From the NCBI GenBank assembly GCA_900754085.1, contig CAAEBO010000057.1, positions 7,578 to 71,577 of the forward strand: a stretch of 64,000 nt of DNA, read 5' to 3'. The notes below the pieces were generated by a model. The model was not told the origin of the DNA. It was given only the letters and a program-made list of their open reading frames with translations, and ran no database searches. This DNA is from Clostridia bacterium (GTDB lineage Bacteria; Bacillota; Clostridia; TANB77; CAG-508). Both the position numbers and the translations under genes were made by a program. Each line of letters begins with the position of its first letter. The stretch's first letter is position 1. Shown here piece after piece: positions 9,809 to 19,434 of the stretch.

Positions 9809-12800
9809 ATATCAACTAATAAATGAAATGGCAAGTGAAACATTGAAAGAAATTACTCAAAATGGAGAAAGTTGGATTAAGTTTTTAAATACGGCGAGTA
9901 ACAATTACAAGTATTCTTTTAATGAGCAAGTGTTAATATATGCTCAAAAACCAAATGCTACTGCTTGTGCAGATATAGAAACTTGGAATAAAAAATTACG
10001 AAGATGGGTTAATAAGGGTGCAAAAGGTATTGTCTTATTATCAATGGAAAATGGCAGAAATGTATTAAGACATGTTTTTGATATTTCAGATACACATAGT
10101 GGTATAAATAAAGATTTTAAGTTATGGGAAATAAAACCTTCTTATGAAAATGGAATTATAGAAACATTAGAAAATAGTTTTGGAAATTTAGAAGTTAAAT
10201 CTAATTTAGCAGAAGCAATATATTCAGCATCTATAAATTTAGTTGAAGATAATTATCAAGATTATTTAGTTGATTTAAAAGAAGTTTTAGATGGTAGCTT
10301 ATTAGAGGGAATGCAAGATATAGATTTAGAGGGAAACTTTATTGTATTACTTGCAAAATCAATATCATATATGGCAATGAAAAGATGTGGCATTGATCCA
10401 ACAGAACATTTTAATGTATCGGATTTTGAAATGATTAGTAGTTTTAATAATAAAAGAGTTGTTTCAAGATTAGGTGCAGCAATAAGTGATATTGCAGAAC
10501 AAGAATTAAGAGAAATCTATTCTAGTGTTATAAATTATGAAAAAAATTATAAATTAACAAATCGTACATTTGTTAATAATGAAAAAATAAATTATCATAA
10601 TAATGAAGAAAAAAATAATGAAGGGAGAAATGATTATGATAGAATTAACATACAATCAAATGGGAGATTACCAAATACCACAAGTAGCATTACCAAAAAC
10701 GAAGAAAATGGCACAGGGGAGATTCTCAAGAATGAGGGAGAAATTCCTAAAAGAACACAAAAGAGGGTTATACGAGGAATTAATGTTAGATGGCAAGATG
10801 GAAGAACATTTAGGAGAAATAGAGCAAACAGCCCAAAAGAGAATGAAACAGATAATAACAAGTCTAGCAGAGAAGAATCAAATAACAGAGGAAATGAAAA
10901 GAGAGAATCAAATGAGTTGGGTACAAGCAATGAACTCAATAAAGAACCAAGCCGAAGAAATGATAATGTCAGAGCTAATTTACAATTAAATCTTTTTGAA
11001 GATACCTATGTACCACCAATTAAAGAGTTACCAAGTGTAGATACACAAATAAATAATATTCAAGCACAAGAAGAAGTAGAAAATACTTCTGCTTTTGAAT
11101 TTACACAAAAGGTAATAGATGATGTTCTTTTAGAGGGTAGTCATTTTGCTGATGGAAAATTTAGAATTTATAGATTATTCCAAGAAAGTTATTCTACTGA
11201 AGATAACATTACTTTTCTTAAAAAAGAATATGGCGAGGGTGGTGGAGGTGTAAGAAATTACGAAAATTTAGACGAATGGCATAATGCAAAAGGGATTAGA
11301 CTAACATTCGGACTAAAAGAAAATGCACCAGAAACTTTGATAACATGGAGTAAGGTTGAAAAAAGAATAAAAGAATTAGTAAATGCTGATATTTATCTTA
11401 ATAGTAATGAAAAAGAAGAATATCAAAAATGGCTTAATGAGGAATATGAAAATCAAAAATGGATGTATGATGCAAGAATAAATACAGATCAAAAACAAGT
11501 AGCTATTGATGAAGAAAATCAAGATATTCAAAATATAGAAAAGAATTATAAATTATCTAATGGCAATTATTTTCACTTCCATACTAATGATGAGGGGTAT
11601 TATTATGCGATTTATAATAACTTTGGAACAGAAATAGATGGTGGATTGCTAGAATATTCCGAAATAGATAATACAAAACAATCTGAACTAGATATAAGAA
11701 AAAGACTTGCTGAATTTACAGACATAGAAGAATTAGCAAATGAAAATCTAAGAGAAGTAAGTCAAGAATTTATTGATGCTTTAGAATCTGGAGCTATTGC
11801 AGAAGAGGTTGGAAATGCTGTTTTAGAAAAAGTAGAAAATGACACAATAAATGCAATAGACGAGTTAAAAGCAATTGGACAAGCACAAAAAGTAATCAAT
11901 TTATTTAAAGCCAGAGAAGAAAATGGAAAGCCACTTAATAGAGATGAATATTATAAAAATCAAGAAAAAATAAACTATCATATTGATAACAATTCTTTAG
12001 GAGAGGGAACGCCAAAAGAAAAAGTTAGAAGAAATATAGATGCCATAAAACTACTTAAAAAGCTAGAAGATGAAAACAGATTAGCCAATAAAGAAGAACA
12101 AGAAATTTTAGCTAGTTATGTGGGTTGGGGTGGACTTCCAGATGTGTTTGATGAAAGTAAAGATAATTGGAGCGAAGAATATAACGAATTAAAAGAAATT
12201 CTTACAGATGAAGAATATAAGTCTGCAAGAGCTTCTACTTTAACTGCTTTTTATACACCACCAGTAGTTATAAATGCAATATATGACACTCTAAAAAGCA
12301 TGGGTGTTGAACAAGCAAATATTCTTGAACCAAGTTGTGGTACAGGAAATTTTTTAGGAATGTTGCCACAAGAAATGCAAAGTTCAAAACTATATGGAGT
12401 AGAACTAGATTCTATAAGTGGTAAGATAGCAAAACAATTATATCAAAAAGCAAATATTAAAGTTCAAGGTTATGAAAAAGCAAATTTACCAGACTCGTTT
12501 TTTGATATAGCAATAGGAAATGTGCCATTTGGAGATTTCAAAGTTAATGATAAAAGATATGATAAAAATAATTTTCTAATACACGATTATTTCTTTGCTA
12601 AAACTTTAGATAAAGTTAGACCAGGAGGAGTAATTGCATTTATTACTTCAAAAGGAACAATGGATAAAGCAAGTCCAGAGGTTAGAAAGTATTTAGCACA
12701 AAGAGCAGACCTTTTAGGTGCTATTAGATTACCAGATAATACTTTTACAAAGAATGCAGGAACAAAAGTAACATCAGATATTATCTTCTTACAAAAAAGA

Positions 12801-15800
12801 GAAAATTTGACCGATATAATGCCAGATTGGGTATATCTTGATAGAGATGAAAACAATATTACAATGAATAAATATTTTGTAGATAATCCAGATATGATAT
12901 TAGGAAAAATGGAAATGGTATCTACTGCTTATGGCTATGATTCAACTTGTAAAGCAGAAGAAGACACAAATTTAGAAGAACAATTAAATTATGCGATAAC
13001 TAATATACATGGAGAATTACAGAATAATAGTATTGAAAATGAAATTGAACAAGAAGACACATCAATACCTGCAATTCCAACTGTTAAGAATTATTCTTAT
13101 GCAATAGTAGATGATAAATTGTATTTTAGAGAAAATTCAAAAATGATATTACAAGATGAGTTACCTTTAACGGCACAAAATAGAATAAAAGGTTTAATTT
13201 TGTTAAGAGAACAGGTAAGAGAATTAATTGATTTTCAAATGGAAGATTATTCAGATGAGGAAATTCATATTGCACAAGCAAAATTAAATGAATTATATGA
13301 TAGATTTACAAAAGAATATGGCTTAATAAATTCAAGAGCAAATGAAACAGCATTTTCTAATGATAGTAGTTATTTCTTATTATGCTCACTTGAAAAGATA
13401 GATGGAGAGGGTAATTTTGTAGGAAAAGCTGATATATTTAGCAAAAGAACTATAAAAGCTAAAAAGAAAGTATTACAAGTAGATACTCCAGATGAGGCTT
13501 TGATTTTATCTATACAAGATAAGGCAAAAGTTGATTTAGATTATATGCAACAATTATGCAAGATAGACAAAGAAGAAATAATAAATAGTTTAGAGGGTGT
13601 TATATTTAAAGTACCTGATTATGAAAATACAAACAATTGGGTAACTGCTGATGAATATTTATCTGGTAATGTTAGAGAAAAACTAAAAGTTGCAGAACAA
13701 TTTGCAAAAGAAGATTCTAGTTTTAATATAAATGTTGAAAAATTAAAAGAGGTTATTCCAAAAGACCTTACTGCAAGTGAAATTGGAATTAAGTTAGGCT
13801 CAACATGGATACCTCCAGAAATCATTAGAAAGTTTATTTTTGAATTATTAGATACACCAAGTTATAACAGATGGGATATTCATGTTAAATATTCTAATAT
13901 AACTGCTGAATGGTATATTGATGGAAAAAGTAATGATAGAAACAATGTAAAAGCATATACAACTTATGGTACATCAAGAATAAATGCATATAAAATAATA
14001 GAACAGACACTTAATCTAAAAGATGTAAAAATATTTGATACATTTATAGATGATGAGGGCAGAAAACAAAGAGTATTAAACAGAAAAGAAACTGCAATAG
14101 CTTGTAGTAAACAAGACGCAATAAAAGAAGCATTCTTAAATTGGGTATGGGAAGATCCAGAAAGAAGAAATCATTTAGTAAGACTTTATAATGATAAATT
14201 TAATTGCATAAGACCAAGAGAATATGATGGCTCTCATATAGGTTTTGTAGGAATGAATCCAGAGATAAAATTAAGGACACATCAACTTAATGCAGTAGCA
14301 CATGTTTTATATGGTAATAACACATTATTAGCACATGAAGTAGGTGCAGGAAAGACTTTTGAGATGGTTGCAGCTGCAATGGAAAGTAAGCGTTTAGGCT
14401 TATGTAATAAGTCTTTATTTGTAGTTCCAAATCATATTATAGAGCAGTTTGCAAGTGAGTTTTTGCAACTTTATCCAAGTGCCAATATTTTAGTTGCTAC
14501 TAAAAAAGACTTTGAAACCAAAAATAGAAAGAAATTTTGTAGTAGGATAGCAACAGGAGAATTTGATGCAGTAATTATTGGACATTCACAATTTGAAAGA
14601 ATACCAATGTCAATAGAAAGACAAATTGCATCATTAGAAGAACAAATAAGTGATATTACAAAAGGAATTGCCTCTGAAAAATCAAACAGAGGAGAAAACT
14701 ATACTATTAAACAAATGGAGAAAACAAGAAAATCATTAGAAACTAGATTAGAGAAATTACATAAGGAAGAAAGAAAAGATGGTGTTGTAACATTTGAAGA
14801 ATTAGGTGTAGATAAATTATTTGTTGATGAAGCTCATAATTATAAGAATTTGTTTTTATATACGAAAATGCGTAATGTAGGTGGAATAGCACAAACTGAA
14901 GCACAAAAATCTTCCGACCTTTTTATGAAATGTAGATATTTAGATGAAATTACAGGAGGCAAAGGTTCTGTATTTGCTACTGGAACACCAGTAAGTAACT
15001 CAATGGCAGAACTTTATACAATGCAGAGATATTTACAATATTCTGGACTAAAAGAAAATAGTTTAGAACATTTTGATAATTGGGCAAGTACATTTGGAGA
15101 AACAGTTACTGCAATAGAACTTGCACCAGAGGGTACAGGATATAGAGCAAAAACAAGATTTGCAAAATTTCACAATTTACCAGAGCTAATGTCTATGTTT
15201 AAAGAAGTAGCAGATATTCAAACTGCTGAAACATTAAATTTACCAACACCAGAATTTGAAAATATAAATGTAGTAGTAAAACCTAGTGAAATACAACAAG
15301 AAATGGTAAAGGCTTTAGGAGAAAGAGCAGAGAAAATAAGGTCAGGAACAGTTGATGCAACAGAAGATAATATGCTTAAAATTACAAATGAGGGTAGAAA
15401 ACTAGCATTAGACCAAAGACTTATGAATCCTTTATTACCAGATTCAGAAAGTAGTAAAGTAAATTCATGTGCAGAAAATGTTTATAGAATATGGAATGAA
15501 AATAGTGATAAGAAATCAACACAACTTGTATTCTGTGATTTATCAACTCCAAAAGACTTGAAAGGATATGAAAAAGAAGAATTTACAGATGTATATAATG
15601 AATTAAAGAAAAAGCTAATTCAAAAAGGCATTCCACCTGATGAAATAGCTTTTATTCATGAGGCAGATAATGAGGTTAAAAAGAAAGAATTATTTAGTAA
15701 AGTAAGAAAAGGACAAGTTAGAGTGTTAATGGGTTCAACTCAAAAAATGGGTGCAGGTACTAATGTTCAAGATAAGTTAATTGCAACTCATCATTTAGAT

Positions 15801-16760
15801 TGTGCATGGAAACCTTCTGATTTGACTCAACGAAATGGAAGAATGATTAGACAGGGGAATGAAAACAAAAAAGTATATGTATATTCTTATGTTACTGAAA
15901 AGACATTTGATAGTTATATGTATCAATTAGTAGAGCAAAAGCAAAAATTCATTTCTCAAATAATGACATCAAAAACACCTGCAAGAACAATGGAAGATAT
16001 TGATGACAAAGCATTAACTTATGGAGAAATAAAAGCATTAGCAACAGGAAATCCTAAAATATTAGAAAAGACTTCATTAGATACTGATGTAGCAAAATTA
16101 AGATTATTAAAACAAGAATTTATGAATCAAAAATATTCATTGCAAGATAAAATTATAAAGTATTTTCCAGAAGAAATAGCAAGACTTAATAATAAAATTG
16201 GAGCAATGGAAGAAGATACTATTAAATTACAAGAATACACTAGACCAAATGCAGATGGTTTTTCTCCTATGAAAATAAATGGAATAACTTATACTGAAAA
16301 ACAAGAGGCAGGAAAGAGATTATTACAAAGTATAAACGATTTAAAAAGTATGGAAACACGAGAAATAGGAGAATATAGAGGATTTACAATGGAAATTAGT
16401 TTTGATTCAATAACTAGAAATATTAGATTAAAACTAAAAAATAAATTTAGTTATTCTATTGATTTAGGAACTGATGTAAATGGAAATATAACAAGAATAA
16501 ATAATTGTTTAGAGAATATTGCAAAAGATATTCCTCACGAAAGAGATTTATTAGATAATACATATTTTCAATTAGAAAATGCAAAACAAGAATCTCAAAA
16601 AGAATTTCCGAAAGAACAAGAGTTACAAGAAAAGTTACGAAAACTAGAAGAAATAAATGCAGAATTAAAAATAAATGAAAATGAACACGAAATGCTAGGG
16701 GATGAAAAAGAAGAAAAACAAGATAAATTTCCTGATAAAAATTCTCCAGAAAGATGTTAA
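9798..16760 (+). CDS. Polyvalent conjugative-element-type protein: ArdC-like N-terminal domain, low-complexity linker, N6-adenine DNA methyltransferase and SNF2/DEAD-like helicase
   Basis: 2320-codon ORF with a GGAGG Shine-Dalgarno. MTase motif I ILEPSCGTGNFLG (about 12321) and motif IV GNVPFG (about 12516). Helicase motif I HEVGAGKTFEM (about 14335), motif II VDEAHNYKN (14826-14837), motif VI TQRNGRMIRQGN. Confidence 0.85.
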   Translation: MANKYQLINEMASETLKEITQNGESWIKFLNTASNNYKYSFNEQVLIYAQKPNATACADIETWNKKLRRWVNKGAKGIVLLSMENGRNVLRHVFDISDTHSGINKDFKLWEIKPSYENGIIETLENSFGNLEVKSNLAEAIYSASINLVEDNYQDYLVDLKEVLDGSLLEGMQDIDLEGNFIVLLAKSISYMAMKRCGIDPTEHFNVSDFEMISSFNNKRVVSRLGAAISDIAEQELREIYSSVINYEKNYKLTNRTFVNNEKINYHNNEEKNNEGRNDYDRINIQSNGRLPNTTSSITKNEENGTGEILKNEGEIPKRTQKRVIRGINVRWQDGRTFRRNRANSPKENETDNNKSSREESNNRGNEKRESNELGTSNELNKEPSRRNDNVRANLQLNLFEDTYVPPIKELPSVDTQINNIQAQEEVENTSAFEFTQKVIDDVLLEGSHFADGKFRIYRLFQESYSTEDNITFLKKEYGEGGGGVRNYENLDEWHNAKGIRLTFGLKENAPETLITWSKVEKRIKELVNADIYLNSNEKEEYQKWLNEEYENQKWMYDARINTDQKQVAIDEENQDIQNIEKNYKLSNGNYFHFHTNDEGYYYAIYNNFGTEIDGGLLEYSEIDNTKQSELDIRKRLAEFTDIEELANENLREVSQEFIDALESGAIAEEVGNAVLEKVENDTINAIDELKAIGQAQKVINLFKAREENGKPLNRDEYYKNQEKINYHIDNNSLGEGTPKEKVRRNIDAIKLLKKLEDENRLANKEEQEILASYVGWGGLPDVFDESKDNWSEEYNELKEILTDEEYKSARASTLTAFYTPPVVINAIYDTLKSMGVEQANILEPSCGTGNFLGMLPQEMQSSKLYGVELDSISGKIAKQLYQKANIKVQGYEKANLPDSFFDIAIGNVPFGDFKVNDKRYDKNNFLIHDYFFAKTLDKVRPGGVIAFITSKGTMDKASPEVRKYLAQRADLLGAIRLPDNTFTKNAGTKVTSDIIFLQKRENLTDIMPDWVYLDRDENNITMNKYFVDNPDMILGKMEMVSTAYGYDSTCKAEEDTNLEEQLNYAITNIHGELQNNSIENEIEQEDTSIPAIPTVKNYSYAIVDDKLYFRENSKMILQDELPLTAQNRIKGLILLREQVRELIDFQMEDYSDEEIHIAQAKLNELYDRFTKEYGLINSRANETAFSNDSSYFLLCSLEKIDGEGNFVGKADIFSKRTIKAKKKVLQVDTPDEALILSIQDKAKVDLDYMQQLCKIDKEEIINSLEGVIFKVPDYENTNNWVTADEYLSGNVREKLKVAEQFAKEDSSFNINVEKLKEVIPKDLTASEIGIKLGSTWIPPEIIRKFIFELLDTPSYNRWDIHVKYSNITAEWYIDGKSNDRNNVKAYTTYGTSRINAYKIIEQTLNLKDVKIFDTFIDDEGRKQRVLNRKETAIACSKQDAIKEAFLNWVWEDPERRNHLVRLYNDKFNCIRPREYDGSHIGFVGMNPEIKLRTHQLNAVAHVLYGNNTLLAHEVGAGKTFEMVAAAMESKRLGLCNKSLFVVPNHIIEQFASEFLQLYPSANILVATKKDFETKNRKKFCSRIATGEFDAVIIGHSQFERIPMSIERQIASLEEQISDITKGIASEKSNRGENYTIKQMEKTRKSLETRLEKLHKEERKDGVVTFEELGVDKLFVDEAHNYKNLFLYTKMRNVGGIAQTEAQKSSDLFMKCRYLDEITGGKGSVFATGTPVSNSMAELYTMQRYLQYSGLKENSLEHFDNWASTFGETVTAIELAPEGTGYRAKTRFAKFHNLPELMSMFKEVADIQTAETLNLPTPEFENINVVVKPSEIQQEMVKALGERAEKIRSGTVDATEDNMLKITNEGRKLALDQRLMNPLLPDSESSKVNSCAENVYRIWNENSDKKSTQLVFCDLSTPKDLKGYEKEEFTDVYNELKKKLIQKGIPPDEIAFIHEADNEVKKKELFSKVRKGQVRVLMGSTQKMGAGTNVQDKLIATHHLDCAWKPSDLTQRNGRMIRQGNENKKVYVYSYVTEKTFDSYMYQLVEQKQKFISQIMTSKTPARTMEDIDDKALTYGEIKALATGNPKILEKTSLDTDVAKLRLLKQEFMNQKYSLQDKIIKYFPEEIARLNNKIGAMEEDTIKLQEYTRPNADGFSPMKINGITYTEKQEAGKRLLQSINDLKSMETREIGEYRGFTMEISFDSITRNIRLKLKNKFSYSIDLGTDVNGNITRINNCLENIAKDIPHERDLLDNTYFQLENAKQESQKEFPKEQELQEKLRKLEEINAELKINENEHEMLGDEKEEKQDKFPDKNSPERC
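10636..10989 (+). CDS. tnpV: TnpV-like protein (117 aa) encoded in an alternative frame inside the polyvalent protein gene
   Basis: AAGGGAG (10621-10627) lies 8 nt before ATG 10636. The product MIELTYNQMGDYQIPQVALP...KFLKEHKRGLYEELMLDGKMEEHLGEIEQTAQ...ITEEMKRENQMSWVQAMNSIKNQAEEMIMSELIYN fits my memory of the TnpV family pattern. The longest ORF in this frame starts at 10603. Confidence 0.6.
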   Translation: MIELTYNQMGDYQIPQVALPKTKKMAQGRFSRMREKFLKEHKRGLYEELMLDGKMEEHLGEIEQTAQKRMKQIITSLAEKNQITEEMKRENQMSWVQAMNSIKNQAEEMIMSELIYN

Positions 16761-16774
16761 AAAAATTAAATTTA

Positions 16775-16783
16775 TGCTATAAT
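16775..16783 (+). promoter_or_regulatory. Extended -10 element (TGcTATAAT) upstream of the erm-like gene
   Basis: TG at 16775-16776 and TATAAT at 16778-16783. A weak -35-like TGTTAA lies 17 nt upstream. It is ~37 nt before the ATG, leaving no room for a leader-peptide attenuator. Confidence 0.5.
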
Positions 16784-16819
16784 GATTTCATCAAATAGTA
16801 ATTTGTAAAGGAGGTATTT

Positions 16820-17734
16820 ATGGGAATAGAACATTCGCAAAATTATTTACATAGTAAACAACTTGTAGCGACTTTGTTATCAAAGAGTAATATTTGTAAC
16901 GACGATATTATAATTGAGATAGGTCCTGGAAAAGGAATTATTACCATTGAACTTGCAAAAAAAAGCAAGCAAGTTATAGCAATAGAGTTTGATGCGAAAT
17001 TAGCGAAAACTTTATCTGAAAAGTATAAAGAATCTAAAAAAGTTCAAATAATAGAGATGGATTTTTTAAAATATAAAATATCAGTAAAAGAACCATATAA
17101 AGTATGTGCAAATATTCCATTTAACATAACTGCTGATATTGTGAAAAAGGTATTTGAAGCCGATAATCCTCCTGAAGATATATATTTCATAATGCAGTAT
17201 GAGGCTTTTCTCAGGTATTCTGGACAGCCCTTTTATAACGAAAGTTTGAGGTCTCTTTTATACAAACCTTGGTTTTCCGCTGAATTGATTTATGAGTTTA
17301 AACCATCAGATTTTTATCCTGTGCCAAATGCACGAATATGTTTTGCTCACTTTCAAAGAAAAACATCTGCTGATGTTGAGGATGCGATAGACTATAGAAA
17401 TTTTCTGTCATATATATTTTTAGCATCTGGAAATACTTTCAAAGATAAAACAAAAAAATTGTTTACTTATGAGCAACAAAAACGCATTTGCAAGTTTTTA
17501 AAAATTAAATTAGAGTCAACGCTTACTGAAATCTCATACGATGGATGGCTGTACCTATATGATGTTTTTCTTAAATTTGTTTCCAACGAAAAAAAAGCTA
17601 TTATATTAAATGCTGAACAAGACATGAAAAACAATCAAAACAAGATTCAAAAAAAACATCGAAATCGTAATCATGGTTATTGGAAATTTGAAGCTAAGCG
17701 CCAAAAAAAATTAAAATTTGAAAATGGAAAATAA
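16820..17734 (+). CDS. Erm/KsgA-family rRNA adenine N6-methyltransferase (candidate MLSB resistance determinant, divergent, with a basic C-terminal tail)
   Basis: HSQNYL start, SAM motif EIGPGKGIIT, catalytic-type NIPFNIT. Located next to ant(6) on a mobile element. I could not assign a specific erm class. Confidence 0.7.
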   Translation: MGIEHSQNYLHSKQLVATLLSKSNICNDDIIIEIGPGKGIITIELAKKSKQVIAIEFDAKLAKTLSEKYKESKKVQIIEMDFLKYKISVKEPYKVCANIPFNITADIVKKVFEADNPPEDIYFIMQYEAFLRYSGQPFYNESLRSLLYKPWFSAELIYEFKPSDFYPVPNARICFAHFQRKTSADVEDAIDYRNFLSYIFLASGNTFKDKTKKLFTYEQQKRICKFLKIKLESTLTEISYDGWLYLYDVFLKFVSNEKKAIILNAEQDMKNNQNKIQKKHRNRNHGYWKFEAKRQKKLKFENGK

Positions 17735-18126
17735 GAATTTTATCAGTAGCTATATTTCAAATTTCTATATTATTAGCAATAGTGTAAACAAAAAAGTTGA
17801 CAGAAAAAAGTAATAAGTAAATCATAAATTACAATTTGTTAAGTAGTTGATGATATGGATAAGTATTTAGAAATCAAAAAGATTTTTGTACTGTTTAGAT
17901 GTGATTATGATAGAGAAAGGATGCTAATACAATTTGGTCTGTAAGCTATGATATTAAAAATAATAGCATTTATAGGATTGATGGAAATCCAAAAAGGAAA
18001 AAATATAAAATAGATACAAGGTTAAATTTAAAGAATAATTTTATGTTTAAGGTAAATCTAAGGCAATAGAAAATTTACTTTTTTCTGTTATAATATAAGT
18101 AATAATAATTTTAAAAGTGAGTTGAT

Positions 18127-18984
18127 ATGAAAATGAGAACAGAGAAACAAATATATGATACTATACTTAATTTTGCTAAAGCAGATGATAGAATTAGGGT
18201 GGTTACTTTAGAAGGTTCAAGAACAAATATTAATATTATACCAGATGATTTTCAAGATTATGATATTACTTTTTTTGTCACAGACATGCAGAGTTTTATT
18301 AATAGTGATGAGTGGCTTAATGTTTTTGGAGAGAGACTTATTATGCAAAAACCCGAGGATATGGAATTGTTTCCAAAAGAAGAAAAAGGGTATTCATATC
18401 TTATGTTATTTTGGGACGGAGTTAAAATAGATTTGACATTATTGCCATTAGAAGTTTTAGATGAATATTTTACTTGGGATAAATTAGTAAAATTATTATT
18501 AGATAAGGATAATCGTGTTACTAATATACCAGTACCTACAGATGAAGATTATTATATAGAACATCCGACAGCACGTTCTTTTGATGATTGCTGTAATGAA
18601 TTTTGGAATACTGTAACATATGTAGTGAAAGGATTATGTCGAAAGGAAATTTTATTTGCAATCGACCATTTAAATAATATTGTGCGTATGGAATTACTGC
18701 GAATGATTTCATGGAAGGTTGGAATAGAGCAAGGTTATAGTTTTAGTCTAGGAAAAAACTATAAATTTTTAGAACGATATATTTCACCTGAATTATGGAA
18801 GAAAATTCTTGCTACATATAATATGGGGTCATATACAGAAATGTGGAAATCTTTAGAATTATGTATGGGAATTTTTAGAATGGTATCAAAAGAAGTGGCA
18901 CAATGTTTAAATTATTTATATCCAGATTATGATAAAAATATTAGTAATTATGTTATAAGACAAAAAGAAAAATATCAAAGATAA
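18127..18984 (+). CDS. ant(6): Aminoglycoside 6-nucleotidyltransferase ANT(6) (streptomycin resistance)
   Basis: MKMRTEKQIYDTILNFAKADDRIRVVTLEGSRTN...DYDITFFV...YSYLMLFWDGVKIDLTLLP matches the ANT(6)/AadE-AadK family as I remember it. 285 aa is the typical length. Confidence 0.85.
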   Translation: MKMRTEKQIYDTILNFAKADDRIRVVTLEGSRTNINIIPDDFQDYDITFFVTDMQSFINSDEWLNVFGERLIMQKPEDMELFPKEEKGYSYLMLFWDGVKIDLTLLPLEVLDEYFTWDKLVKLLLDKDNRVTNIPVPTDEDYYIEHPTARSFDDCCNEFWNTVTYVVKGLCRKEILFAIDHLNNIVRMELLRMISWKVGIEQGYSFSLGKNYKFLERYISPELWKKILATYNMGSYTEMWKSLELCMGIFRMVSKEVAQCLNYLYPDYDKNISNYVIRQKEKYQR

Positions 18985-19070
18985 AACATTTCTAACATTT
19001 GATGATAAAATAATTGGATATCAAAATTATAAAGAGGGCAACAAATTACAATTTATAGGGTAAAGATAAT

Positions 19071-19095
19071 AGGAGCCGAAAGGCTCTTATTTTTG
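19071..19095 (+). terminator. Terminator after ant(6)
   Basis: AGGAGCC, GAAA tetraloop, GGCTCTT, then ATTTTT. Confidence 0.6.
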
Positions 19096-19188
19096 TGCCT
19101 TTAAATCCTATTCACTTACAAAACTTTTCTTATTATATATGTTAAATTGTATTCACTCTAAAAAGTTTGTTGTATTAAGAATGGTGTC

Positions 19189-19431
19189 GTGATAGATTCT
19201 GGTCATTGTGATGGACCAGAAACTCTTATGAGATTAAGAGAAATAGACAACTTTAATATTCCTGTTATTGTTTTAACTGTTTCAAAAGGAAAAAGAGATA
19301 TGTTTGTTAATGGTTATGGATTTAATGAATATATGGAAAAACTCTTAACACAAGATAAAGTGATGGAAACATTACCAAAATTATTTAAAGATTTAGAATT
19401 TACAAAAATAGAAAGCAATAAGTCAGCATAA
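19189..19431 (+). pseudogene. Remnant of a response-regulator receiver domain (N-terminal part missing)
   Basis: DGPETLMRLREIDNFNIPVIVLTVSKG resembles the MPxMDGxEL...PVIxLTA segment of receiver domains. In-frame stops lie immediately upstream and no output domain follows. Confidence 0.5.
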
Positions 19432-19434
19432 GAC

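Noticed and set aside
10634-10939. 101-aa antisense ORF overlapping the TnpV-like/polyvalent linker region, i.e. three open frames over the same DNA
   Set aside because: The region is extremely purine-rich on the + strand, so stop codons are depleted on both strands for compositional reasons. The product is a low-complexity Ser/Leu/Phe string with no Shine-Dalgarno that I can see.
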